From NCBI RefSeq assembly GCF_006345805.1, contig NC_043002.1, positions 64,170,001 to 64,234,000 on the forward strand: a stretch of 64,000 nt of DNA, read 5' to 3'. Below are positions 1 through 14,197 of the stretch, piece by piece. The stretch comes from Octopus sinensis. Taxonomy: Eukaryota. The notes beneath the pieces were generated by a model, which did not search any database, was not told the DNA's origin, and saw only the letters and a list, made by a program, of their open reading frames with translations. Within the stretch, counting starts at the first letter, position 1; each line of letters opens with the position of its first letter. Made by a program: the position numbers and the translations under genes.

Positions 1-904
1 TGTTGACAATATTCTCCTCAGTTAGAATTAAGTATTTGTTCGCCCTGAAACATGATATCGCTGCGATGATATTAGAAACTAAAGAATAATCCTCTCAAAA
101 CGATTCCAGAATTCATTAAGGACATTGCCATTGAAACAGATTTAGATGAACGTGCCAAAGAGACATTAATGAGAGCAAAACTACTACAGATTAATATATC
201 GGCAGATGAAAGAAAAATGGATAAGAGGATTTCATTTAAGAGAGATTTAGAAGTACTTAAGAATCAATGATCGAAGCACTTGAATAGTCCCAAATGAAGG
301 AGATTAAGGAGGAACACACAAGAAGCATTAACTTACTACATAATATCCAATGAAATATAATCCGAAAATAAAATTATAGGAATCGATAGCTCTTATATAC
401 ATTGGAGTTATATTATAATCATTTAGATACGAAACTAATTTATTCACATAATTATTTATTAATAGCTTTTATAGCATAAAGAAAAAGTAAATACACTATT
501 TTGCAATGAGTAGATGGGTGTGACACAAAAATGAATATAGCTGCTATGCTATGAATTTAAATACATATTATAAACTTATACATATATACATAGATCGGGT
601 TATACACGAGGAAAAAGCAATTCAAAACACACATACACACACATACACACGCAGGCATACATAAACACACACATATATGTACACACACATATATATATAT
701 ATATATATATCCATATATGTATATATAAATGTATATATGTATGAATATGTGTATGTATATATACATATATACGTGTGTCTATGTATGCATGGATGGATGG
801 ATCGATCGATGAATGTGCATATACTCATGTATACAAGCAGAAATATACACACGGATACACACACATTTATATATGTGTGTGTGTATGTGTATGTGTATAT
901 ATAC

Positions 905-959
<55 letters not shown>

Positions 960-1480
960 CACACATCCAGTGAAACACACACACACATTAGTCATATATG
1001 TCATGTTTTGTAACTTTGTTCCTTTCGTTTCTCACGGATAGAAAATAATTATAAAAACAACATGGACAGAGCGAGAAGCGAGGATACAAAATAACTTGAC
1101 ATAACAGTTCTGGCATTATCTTTTTTGAAAATAAATAGATAACGTTTTAAATCTGCATAAAGACTTAGAGTAGAAGTCACTTAAATGATACAAGCATTTA
1201 AATTACATAACTAAAACAGAGCTTAAATGTTAAATTGGTATGCTTCCACTATCTTTTAACCAATATACGTTATCAGTGTATTGCTACGTTATAGTCTTTC
1301 ATATTTAGACATCAATATAACTTAAATATTTATAACTCTTATAGTATTGATTAAACATACTGATTCGTATGCTGATTGCCAACGATATTTCAAAATTATA
1401 GACACTTGTTCCAAGTAAAAAAAAAAAAAAAATTAACCATATATCTATACATATATATATGTGTGTGTGTATGTATATAT

Positions 1481-1553
<73 letters not shown>

Positions 1554-1951
1554 TATGTATATATATATATATTATATCCATATATACATATACATATATA
1601 CATGTGTGTATGTGTGTGTATATATATTAGGAGAGAGAGAGAACGAAAGAGAGATGTAGTCACACATACACAAGTTGTCTGCGTTGTTAGTTCGTTGGGT
1701 GGCTGCTCTTTTATGCACAAGAGAATATATTCTCAATGCTGTTCTGAAAGCACTCTGTTTAAAACTTATGATATTGCATTAGCAGATGAAAATAGTCCAA
1801 CAGCGATGAAAAGAATATTAGGCTGATAAACTGATTTTATACAGCGGGGAGGTAATTACAATACCGATGGTTGTTCAATGATTGTGCTCCTATATCAGTA
1901 GTGATGGCTTTTGTCTTTATTTAGGGTTTATCGTGAATACGTACTAATATA

Positions 1952-2516
1952 TTGAGTTGTCCGGAAAGTTCGTGACGATTTATAGTAGCTTACCTTTCGA
2001 CTAATTTTAGAACATGGTTGAGTCCATAAAATAGGATTTGACTACACCTTAATTTAGAGCAGAGTTTAAAATATATTTTCGTTGAAGTAGGTTTATGATC
2101 CTATAACGTGTGTTTATTCTGTAACCCTTTAAAATGGAAGATAAGGAAGTTCATCTTCGCACTTGATGTTTTGGGAATCAGACAAAAATTGCTGCAGCTC
2201 GGCTGGAATGTGTTACCCCACCCTCCATATTCACCTGATATTTCTCCTTCGGATTTCCACTTATTCAGGTCTCTGCAGAATAGTCTTAATGGTAAAAATT
2301 TCAATTCCTTGGATGGCGTGAAAAGATACCTTGATGAATTCTTTGCCATGAAACCAGCTCCATTCTGGGAAGAGAGTATTTTCAAATTAAAAGAAAGATG
2401 GAAACGCATAGTGCAACAAAATGGATCATATTAGGTTGATTAAAAATATAATGGCAAATATTTCTTGGGCTTTTTCTTTCCTTGAAAAGTCGGCACGAAA
2501 TTTCCGGACAACGCAG
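1952..2516 (+). mobile_element. Internally deleted mariner (Tc1/mariner) element
   Basis: ~28-bp imperfect TIRs (ttgagttgtccggaaagttcgtgacga vs reverse complement of the right end ctgcgttgtccggaaatttcgtgccga) with TA on both sides (1950-51, 2517-18). N-terminal codons (ATG 2134, MEDKEVHLR) are fused to the mariner C-terminus LGWNVLPHPPYSPDISPSDFHLF...WKRIVQQNGSY (to 2434). Confidence 0.9.
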
Positions 2517-2574
2517 TATTTATAACTGCATAGTAGAATGTCAATGTTCGCTCTAAGATACTAAGAACTAACCA

Positions 2575-3138
2575 GAAGCTAAGTCTAGATGAGGTTTACG
2601 TCACGCTGGTGAGACCCATATTGGAGTACAGGATTCAAGACTCTTCTCCTTATCTCCTCAAAGACATACAGCATCTCGAAAGGGTCTAGAAGCAGGCTAC
2701 CCGCATGGTTCTTGGTTTCAAGCATTTGTCTTATGAAGAAAGGCTGAAGACGCTCGACCTTTATTCTCTAGAAAAACGACGACGCCGTGGTGATCTCATT
2801 CTTGCTCACAACATCATAAGCAGAAAGTTTAACCTCTCGAAAGAGTTGTTCTTCTCTCCTGCTCCAGAGCGTCAGCAGAAGGAGTCACTCCGAAAAGCTC
2901 TATCTGTGACGATTTCGTCTCAATCGAAGGAGAGGGGCTTTCTCCGTCCGGGTTGCGGATCTGTGGAATAAGCTGCCGGACGAGATATTGAAGATGCCGA
3001 CGACCGCTCGGTTCAGACTCTCCTTTGACCACAAGTGGCCTGAACTCTTTACATGAACACCACCCTGTACATAACTCCATGTCCCCCTATATGGCCTTGC
3101 TTTTTGCTTTCTGAGCCAAAAAATTAACTAACTAACTA
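2575..3138 (+). mobile_element. 5'-truncated CR1/L2-type LINE 3' end (RT thumb remnant, 3' UTR)
   Basis: Degenerate translation YVTLVRPILEY...ATRMVLGFKHLSYEERLKTLDLYSLEKRRRRGDLI, typical of CR1-group RT C-termini. Ends in a (TAAC)n-like tail (aattaactaactaactag). Confidence 0.8.
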
Positions 3139-3357
3139 GCATGTAGCCGAGTTTATCAGGTCTACACACATTAGTAAGCACGATAAGCGTTGCCTATTGC
3201 AGAATTTTTTCTCTAGCGTTAATATTCGTTAACCTCTTGTTTCTGGTTTCCAAATAACTTTCGGCCTCTGCAGAATTGCTTATTTCACTGCGGCACAGAT
3301 GCTTATTTTACTCTAAATGTACGTGTAAATTCTAGAACAACTTCGATAAATCTAACG

Positions 3358-3619
3358 CAACGGTTCCGAAAGTGGGCGGTACTGCCTGAAGGTGGTGGAA
3401 ACATTCAAGCAGGCGTGGAAGTAATGCTGGGCGCTAACGGGGTATCCTAAAAGGGGTGTTGGGGGTAATAACAAAATGATAGGTTAATAAGGTTAACTTC
3501 TATTTGTTTTGAAATTAGAGCAGAGATGATCTTTGGTCGTGGAGATGACTTGTGCGGAGCGCTAGGAATGTGACCCGGGCGTCAAGGAGCGGCAGCCCGA
3601 AAAAGTGTGTGAATCACTG
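3358..3619. mobile_element. hAT-type MITE (Charlie-like), 262 bp
   Basis: Left end caacggttccgaaagtgggcggtac and right end aaaaagtgtgtgaatcactg resemble hAT CAGTGGTTCCCAA termini. Flanks atctaacg / ttctaaac share the nTCTAAnn core of Charlie target sites (TSD degraded). Confidence 0.6.
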
Positions 3620-3948
3620 TTCTAAACCATTATTATGTTCTGTGTCTCAGTAACATTGACATGGCTTTAAGCTGTCATGAAGTTTTTCCTACAGCTTTTC
3701 TTCCCAAGCTTTCTTAGTGAGAATATGTGTGGAAGACACTAAAAGGTGGGATGTGCAATAGCTTTTATCTGATAATTTCTGAAAATTAGCAATCAGCTGC
3801 ACATAACACATACACTGGCACGCATACAAACACATGCAGTAAGCACTTAAACACCCTGTCGTGCGTATATCCACATGTACATTCTTGTGTATATGTATAT
3901 GTATAATTTATGAATCTATATGTTTATGTATCCCTCACTTCCGATCTC

Positions 3949-3983
<35 letters not shown>

Positions 3984-3989
3984 ATATAC

Positions 3990-4217
3990 TCTTTACTATT
4001 TTACTCTTTTACTTGTTACAGTCATTAGACTGCGGCCATGCTGGAACACCGCCTTTAGTCGAGCTAATCGACCCCAGGACTTATTCTTTGTAAACCTAGT
4101 ACTTATTCTATCGGTTTCTTTTGCCGAATCGCTACGTTACGAGGACGTAAACACACCAGCATTGGTTGTCAAGTGATGTTCGGGGGAGGGGAGACAAACA
4201 CAGACACAAACATTTAT

Positions 4218-4274
<57 letters not shown>

Positions 4275-4422
4275 TACGACGGGCTTCTTTGAGTTTCCGT
4301 CTACCAAATCCACTCACAAGGTATTAACCGGCCGGAGGCAATAGCAGGAGACACTTGCCCAGTAGGACTGAACACGGAACCATGTGGTTCGTAAGCAAGC
4401 TACTTAAAGCACAGTCACTCCT
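3990..4422 (-). mobile_element. tRNA-derived bipartite SINE (family A; internal (TA/CA)n microsatellite)
   Basis: tRNA-like head on minus strand, body ...gtagacggaaac...gcccgtcg, internal microsatellite, tail ccagcatggccgcagtc..gactg..aagtaaaaga. Homologous to the other family A copies in the window. Confidence 0.8.
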
Positions 4423-4516
4423 ATATATAATAACATATATATAATAAAATTCATTTAAATTTCTATGTATGTTTGAATTTGAGTTCGTGTATGTGTGTGT
4501 ATGTATACACACACAC

Positions 4517-5655
4517 AATAAGGGCAAAAAGAAAAGTTTATTTTCCCAATATGCTGAAAAATAGACGCTAAGTCATCTAACCACATAAAATATTTTCACT
4601 TGCATTATTGCTCCTTGAGGAAAGCAAGGTAATTGAAATCCATATAAATATAGTTAATCCCCATCAGCTCCGATTTCTGGATTAATCCAAATATGATTTT
4701 TTCCTTCATGAGCGAGGAACACAGAAAAACGAAAATAAATTAAATGCTTCTACATACCCACGTAAAACAGATGCAAGGTTATGTATACAATTAAGTACCC
4801 CATATATATCCAAATCGAAATTCTGTAGCAAGCCTTGGCACAAGTGTAGTCGGTCATTTATTTTCATTTTTAGTGTTCCTTTTTGGATTAATTCTGAAAT
4901 CGGAACCGATTTCGGAATGACTATATTTTTATGAATTTAAAATGAATTAACTTGCCTTCCTCGTTTCAACATGTGGTGTAATAATACAAATAATATATTT
5001 TACGTGGTTACAAGATTTAGCGTCTATATTTCAGTATATTGGCAAATAATTTTTGTTTTTTGTGCCCTTATTTTTACTTGTATAGTTTCCATCTTAAAAG
5101 ATATTTTTCATATACTGGCCACTGACAAAACATTTTAATAAACTATTATCCTTATATTAGAAGTAAATTTATTCTCATTCACATGGGAACTGGTTAACGA
5201 CATGCGTGCGTTTGCTGTCCGACTACAACTGTTCCGAGGATTACTACTAAATTTCGACTTGGTTATATTTTGGGGGTACTTAAATGTAGACAAGACTTTG
5301 CATCTACTTTTCCGTGGGTATGTCTAAGTATTTCATTGATTTTTATTTATTTATTTATTTTGTGTTCCTAGCTGATGAAGTAAAAATCCTTTTTTGGATT
5401 AATCCAGAAATCGCAACCGAATAGGGAGTAATTATGTTTTTATGAATTTCTGTTAGCTTACTTACCTCGTTTCGGTACTTAGTGTAATAATATATGTGAA
5501 AATATTATATGTGGTTAGACGATTTACCGTCTATTTTTCAACATATTAGCAAAAACTTCTTTCCCTTTTTGCCCTTATTTATAAGTGTATAATTTCCAGC
5601 GTAAAAGGTTTTTTTCTTATGCTGACCTCTGATGAAATTTTTAACAAACATTTAT

Positions 5656-5660
<5 letters not shown>
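4517..5660. repeat. Three diverged copies of a ~180-300 bp unit: one inverted (4517-4690), two direct (4873-5156, 5362-5660)
   Basis: Shared ggattaatcc..gaaatcg...gtggtta..gattta.cgtcta.tttt...gcccttatt...tatccttatat. The last copy runs into (TA)n. Confidence 0.75.
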
Positions 5661-5718
<58 letters not shown>

Positions 5719-5727
5719 GCACATGTT

Positions 5728-5935
5728 TCTTTTATTCATTTAATTGTTTCAGACATAACGCTGCGGCCATACTGGAGCTCTGCATTTAATCGCACGACTC
5801 AATCCCAGAAGTTATTCTTTGTAAGCCTAGTTCTTATAAATTCGTTCCCTTTACCCGAACCGCTAATTTACAGGGACGTAAGCATACGAACATCGGTTAT
5901 CAGGTGATGGTGTAGGAGGCAAACATACGCACAAA
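5728..5935 (-). mobile_element. SINE family A, 3' half
   Basis: ctgcggccatactggagc...ttattctttgtaagcctag...gaaccgcta...catcggtt, matching the 3' half of the other copies. Confidence 0.75.
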
Positions 5936-5972
5936 TACATAGATATATATATACATACACACACACACACAC

Positions 5973-8052
<2,080 letters not shown>

Positions 8053-8056
<4 letters not shown>

Positions 8057-8342
8057 AAATAGTAAAAAGTGAAAAAACGACAGAAGCAAAAATACAAGGA
8101 TAACGCTAGTAAAGATAAACATTAAGTCACAAGAAATTTGAAGAGCTAACTGCGAAACCGGTCTTTCTTTAAAAATTATAAAATTATGTCATTATAAGGA
8201 GGAAAAATTTTTTTCCAATATTCTCCAGACATTGTGACGCAAATTTATATATTCTTTAACATTTAAGCCTTCTGTCGTTTTTTCACTTTTTACTATTTTC
8301 TTATATATTCACCCACGTGCTTTCTCAAACAAACTTTCTTAT
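8053..8342 (+). mobile_element. Short (TA)n-embedded element with 34-bp inverted end and hammerhead-like core (putative PLE solo pLTR)
   Basis: 8053-8086 is the exact reverse complement of 8269-8302. Core aagaaa-t-TTGAAGA-gc-taact-gc-GAAA-ccgg-TC-tttctt at 8131-8169. (TA)n on both flanks. Confidence 0.6.
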
Positions 8343-8457
8343 CTATATATATATATATATGATATAATATAATATCATATAATATAATATAATATAATGT
8401 AATATAATATAATATAAAATAAATAATATATAAATATATGCATATATACATACATAA

Positions 8458-9237
8458 ATGCATATATGGTTATAGGACATGCAAAAACGTTGAACACAAT
8501 GAGAAATGAAAACATAAAAATAAAAACATAGAAACGATTTAGTTTTTTGGAACAACGAAAAACCAAACAGAGAGACGAGACATACAACATAAAGAATATT
8601 CCCCTTCTTCAGTTGTCTCTGTTTCAGCTAATCCACGTTTAGAAGGCAAGGACAAGAAGTGACTACGTTGAAACAGTCCTTTCCGAAAAGCAAATTAAAT
8701 AAAATTCGGGATTTTTTGCGGAAGGCGAAAGTGGTAACAAGAATAGGACAATGAGAAAAAAACAGTAAAAACAATAAAGAAGTAAAAATAGTAAAAGACA
8801 GAACAAGGAGAACAAAACAGTAAAAACAAACGATGAGGGTTGTTAGGCCAAGACGATAGAAAAAATATTCTGAAAGTTTAAGAAGACGAGCTTATGAAGA
8901 GACAGGATAAGCCCGTTTAGTCTTTGCGCAGGTAGTAGTCAGAAAGATGGATTCCCACTCGTCACATGACAGCGGCGAGAGAGTCGAGGAGGTGGAGTGA
9001 GAAAAAGGGAACGGTGAAGGGGAGAGGAGAAGAATAGGGAAGGATGGGAGAGAAAACTAAAAAGAATGAAGAACAAGACCGTGAGGGAGATAGACAGAGA
9101 AAAGATAGTAAAGGGGAAGAGCACGCCTCGTAATTATTAATATAAAACTTACGGAAAAGGATGCGTGGCGTTCGATCATATAATAATATAAACATATGCA
9201 TATATACATACATATATGTACATACTTACATATACAA

Positions 9238-9299
<62 letters not shown>

Positions 9300-9802
9300 C
9301 CCCCTTCGGTCATGAATGACCATGGGATTGCACCTAGAAAGTTACCCTCCTAGACACAAGTCTGGGCAAGGTTGTTTATGGAAGGCCAGCAGTCGCCCAT
9401 GCATACCAGCCTCCCCTCTCCACGCCACCAGTGTTATCCAAGGGAAAGGCAAAGGGCCGATACATCTTGGCACCTGTGACGTCGCAACTCATTTCTACAG
9501 CTGAGTGAACTGGAGCAACGTGAAATAAAGTGCCTTGCTCAAGAACACAACACGCAGCCCGGTCCGGGATTCGAGCTCACAACCTCTCGATCGTAAGCTC
9601 GACGCTCTAACCACTGAGCCATACATGCATATATGGGTAGAGGACATCAAAAAAATGTTGAACACAATGAGAAATGAAAACATAAAGATAAAAGCATAGA
9701 AACGAAATTTTTTCGGACAACGATAAAATCAGAAACGTGATATACAACAGAAAGAATATTCCCATTCTTCAGTGTTCCCTGTTCCAACTACACCACGTAG
9801 AA
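8458..9802 (+). repeat. Diverged ~180-bp direct repeats (8458-8643, 9625-9802)
   Basis: Both read atgcatatatgg..aggacat..gttgaacacaatgagaaatgaaaacataaa...aaagaatattccc.ttcttcag...ccacgt. Confidence 0.8.
9295..9622 (-). mobile_element. tRNA-derived SINE (family C)
   Basis: Minus-strand head atggctcagtggttagagcgtcgagc...gctcgaatcccgg (A and B boxes), followed by gtgttcttgagcaaggcacttta. The 3' end abuts (TA)n. Confidence 0.85.
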
Positions 9803-9849
9803 TTTCTTTTCTATGTTTTATGATTTTATTTTTTCGAATTTTTATGTTT

Positions 9850-10110
9850 CGAATTGGACGTCACTACACTATTTCAAAAGTCCCAGCTGTCTCATCTACT
9901 GCGAGAACAATGTACTGCAATGGTTTGGTTTTCATGCGCCCACAGCTATTTAGCTCCTTGCCAAAATACCTGCTGGATCTCCATGGAGTAGTGAGGCAGA
10001 TGTTTTCCAGAAATAACTTAACCTCTGGCTATCAAAAATCCAAGGTGAACGAATACCAAGCTAGGAAACTCAAAAGAGCGCAGCGGCCACGACCCATCTC
10101 CTTCACCCCC
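9850..10110 (+). mobile_element. LINE 3' fragment (same family as 19081-19490)
   Basis: Translation RIGRHYTISKVP...MYCNGLVFMRPQLFSSLPKYLLDLHGV aligns by eye with KYCDSLGFRCPQLFNIPPKDLRDLHGV at 19.3 kb. Confidence 0.6.
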
Positions 10111-10162
10111 GCCAAAAAATCCCAGGGTTGAAACATATCAAAGTATAAAAGAATACAGGAAT

Positions 10163-10214
<52 letters not shown>

Positions 10215-10250
10215 GTATATATATATACACACACACACGCACATACACAC

Positions 10251-10301
<51 letters not shown>

Positions 10302-10452
10302 CACACACATACATATATGTGTGTTTGTGTGCGTACGTGTATGTATGCGTTTCTGTGTGCATATGCGGATTCTATGAATGGACTATTAATTCCCCATGCC
10401 TATTAGAGTAATTTCTTTTTTTCAACGGGTTTTTTTTTTTGTTCATAGCGTG

Positions 10453-10525
10453 TGTCTGAATAACTGATGAGATGCCGCAGCAGACGTCATCTCCGGCATT
10501 CGAAACTCTGAGTTTAGTTATGACA
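10453..10525 (+). ncRNA. Type I hammerhead ribozyme-like motif
   Basis: CTGATGA (10464-70); stem II gatgccg/cggcattc (7 bp, one bulge); GAAA (10502-05); near-palindromic stem III actc-t-gagt; GTT site at 10514. Stem I is imperfect (tgtc/gaca distal). Confidence 0.55.
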
Positions 10526-10577
10526 GCCAACTGATTTTACATAATATCAAGTCTCGTTCATTCTTTTGTTATCATAT

Positions 10578-10580
10578 TAC

Positions 10581-10648
<68 letters not shown>
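10578..10648. repeat. (TAT)n microsatellite
   Basis: Direct reading; lies ~55 bp 3' of the HHR-like motif. Confidence 0.95.
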
Positions 10649-10649
<1 letters not shown>

Positions 10650-11654
10650 CATATATATTATATATATATGCATATAGTGTATATATATGTATATATATAT
10701 AAATATAATTTTTCATATGTGTGAACATATATGTGAGAACATATCTATGTGTGTGTGTGTATGTATGTGTGTGTGTGTGCGTGTGTGCGTGTGTATTTGA
10801 ATACATGTATTTATCCATTCACGTACCATTGCATTTCAGTAGAATATTCGGGAAGCTGCGATATACTTCTATACTTATGAAAGTATTTGTAGTTTTTCTA
10901 TAATTTAAATAACTTCTTCCCTGTTTCTTTATTTGTTTATATCAATTTGCGTTTGAATAGTTGATGTGTTGTTTAGTTGTATTTCTTTTAGTTCGAATTC
11001 GAAATTTTTTGTTGTCTGTTTGTTTTTAACGTTTGTATCTGTATTTGTTATTTTAAAATAATGTTTATGGTAGGGAATCGATTTTATTCTATTTGCGTTG
11101 ATGTTCGTTGTTTGTGTTTTTGTATTTATATGTGTTTAGTCGTTTTTTTTTTAATGTGTGTCATCTAATACCAATGTACACATGTGTTGGAGCGATTGTA
11201 TGTATGTGTGATTATTCGTTGATTTTAACCAACTTTCAATCTATAAAGCCAATCTTTTGTGCTATCAGATATTTAAAATTTAGATGGCGCTGATAAATGA
11301 ATTAAAAGAAAATCTATTTTTTAAGTTACCGTTGAGTGTGATAACCCATTAGATCGTGTTGACGTGTCTCGAGAAAACATACTATTTCTAAACGGTGTAG
11401 ACAATTTTTGGAAGCCATCGCTTTGCAAGTGGTGTACTTGGTTGTAATTCAGCACTAGGTTCCTTGGGAACGAAATTAGAATCAACTTGTAAAGCGTTGT
11501 TTTACATTTATATGACAACAGTGGCAATGTTTTGGGTTTTATCTAACTTGCCATCAAAGCAAGTGGTTAACACGCGGTTATGTTGAAATCCTCTTTCGAA
11601 TATCTTCTATTATATAACGATTCAAATGTTTAAAAATCGGTATCTGCGCATAAA

Positions 11655-11830
11655 GCCAGCGATTTTGCGGGAAGGCCAACGTTGATTACATCGGACTTAG
11701 AACTCAAACGGTACAAATGTTTACGACGCTGAGAGGAGGAAAGATAAATTTCAACTCGACGGGATTCGATATTGCAAAACCAGAAAGGAACTCTGTTTAG
11801 TATTTTGCCCGAGGCGCAAACCAGCTCGCT
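11655..11830 (-). mobile_element. Degenerate SINE family B copy
   Basis: Reverse complement resembles the ...gtcgactttgcc...cagcgtcg...accgtttgagt...gatgtaatcaac body of copies at 13.5, 29.4 and 59.3 kb. Confidence 0.4.
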
Positions 11831-13466
11831 GTCTTAAAATATGCAATATAATAATCCTAAAATTACAGCCAGAAGTCAACCCTATGGCATAAGATTAATT
11901 ATGTATTTTTGAAAAAAAAATCACAAACAACTTGAGCGCGATAAAGTTTGCAGAGAGCCTGTGGAATACAAACTATTTTATACCTCTATAATAAAATATG
12001 TTACGTACAGGCAGAGACGAATGTGTTGAATTTACTTTGCAGAGTGGCAGTCTAAGTACATATTGACAGATAGAAGAACAATATGAAGTTATTTGTCTGA
12101 ATCTACTTTATAGTTTTGTTTTTTTAATTACAGACTGTGTGCGACTTCTTAAGATCGACTTCTGATAATTGGAGTAATGACTGCGAAATCTTATGTGAAA
12201 ATTTCTTAAACGAACGAATCTTTTTATCTTATTCATTTCCACTGCAATTTATGAGAAATATAATCGTGTAAGCTACTATCCTCAGGTGGTCTTATTATTT
12301 CTGATAATTAAGTGAATGAATCATTTCATATATTAATTATTAGTTATTTTCATAATTAGCAACACTTAATAATTAATGATATCAATGATATTAAGAACAA
12401 TACCAATATTTATTCATACTGATGTTCATAATATTAGGAATGACATAAATAATTAATAACAATAATAACATTGGTACTAATAATAACGTATGTCTAAGTT
12501 TCATATTATTACTAATTATTATTAACAATATCAGTAATTATTAACATTATTTTCACTAATATTCTCTCGAGTTAAAGGAGATGGACTGGTTCAGTCATGT
12601 AGGGGTCATGCAAAAGAAATTGTAGAAGTTATTGTTTTCACATTATTTGTTCAATTCCTACCAAAGTAAATATTGCCTTCGTTGTTGTTATTATCTCTAA
12701 AGTAAAACACCATCATAAATTGATATCGATTTAATTCGCTAAAAAACTTGACCGGTGTGACTAATGTTTGAACACCAGACTACTTCTTAGTATTTCTTAA
12801 CTACTTAGTATTTCTTAACTACATAGCTTAGTATTTCTTAACTACATAGCTTCGATTGCCTTTTGTCTCTAAAATATATTTTTCACAATCCACTCTTTCT
12901 TGCCCTCCCTCTCTTCCTTTCCAACTCCACCATATCCCCATTTCTCTCATTCACTTCTGTACATCTCAAACCTTTTCTCCTAATCCATTTGCGCCCACTG
13001 TCCATTTTTAGGACCAGAAGAATAATCCATCATATTTCTGCAACGCCTGGATTTTTCTGAGATATCTTTAGTTAGTGATCAAGATTGGAGTGTCTTTCAA
13101 ATAGTGTCATAGAATTTTGATTATATATTTAGTATCAGATAAAGTTGTATGATAAAAGTTTTTGGTAACAAATCAAGTTTTAAAAAATGGGCTCTAATGG
13201 GTTAAATATTTTCCTTTTAGCCGCGTTCGAAGAACATCACTGATCAGTTGTAGAGAAATTCAATTTCAAATAATTCATATCCCGTCCAGATTCATATCCC
13301 CTTTAATCCCAGAGGACACAAAACGACGCAGTGTTTTCAAGACGACATGGTACATGGGATAAGTGAGAATTAGTTGGGCGGCGCGATGAAAGAAGAATCC
13401 AGTTATGGATGCGGGCATACTGAAAACAGGATGATTATATTAATAATTATCATTAACAATATTTAG

Positions 13467-13665
13467 GGCGGTGAGCTGGCAGAATCTTTAGTACAATAAT
13501 GCTTAGTGTTATTTCACTACATTTTGAGCTGAAATTCCGCTGAGGTCGATTTTGCCATTCGTCCTTTTTGGGTCGACAGTTGCGTAGTAGGGTCGATATA
13601 ATTGACTGACCCCTCCTTCCCCAAATTTCAAGCCTTGTGCCTATAGTAAACGGATTATTAACAAT
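13467..13665 (+). mobile_element. SINE family B (ggcggtgagctggcagaatc...)
   Basis: Homologous to 29416-29612 and 59288-59525. Confidence 0.75.
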
Positions 13666-13768
13666 ATTAGCAATTATTTTCCTTAATATTAATTTTCTCA
13701 AAAGCAAACTGCAATATTTTGACCATGTTAACGGCGTCCACAGCCTATATATATATATATATATATAT

Positions 13769-14197
13769 AACATTATTGGTGAATTGAAGAAATGGAGCTG
13801 AACGCAGATTGAAACTTCGCCATGGGCTCTTAGGAGCACAGTTCGATTTGTTTTTTGCTCTGCCTCTGTTCTGTTTTTGTTTTTCCAACGGATTTCCTTT
13901 TTTCTTCCTGAAGAGAAAGACACAATATGGTCCCATTATTCAATCGGATTTTGGTAATTTGTGCCTTTCGAAACACGTGTAGAATGAAATAAAACGATTT
14001 CTGTTCAATCTGCGTTCAGCTCCATTTCTTCAATTCACCAATAATGTTTTAATTTCAATTATCCGCACCAACGCACGGTTGCAACGCCAGATGGTTGTAC
14101 CTCCAACCGTGCTGTTCACTGCTGTGATTTTTGCTACTAAGGTATCGGTTAAACTTTTGATTAATCTACTACAAGATTATTCATCTTTCTATTTCAC

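Noticed and set aside
85-270. Short open frame NPLKTIPEFIKDIAIETDLDERAKETLMRAK..., vaguely like a retroelement N-terminus
   Set aside because: About 60 codons, bounded by stops, no diagnostic motif; cannot be assigned without a search.
11342-13205. Possible piggyBac-like ends (taacccattaga ... tctaatgggttaa)
   Set aside because: Only 9 bp of inverted match, left flank is ATAA not TTAA, and there is no internal support.
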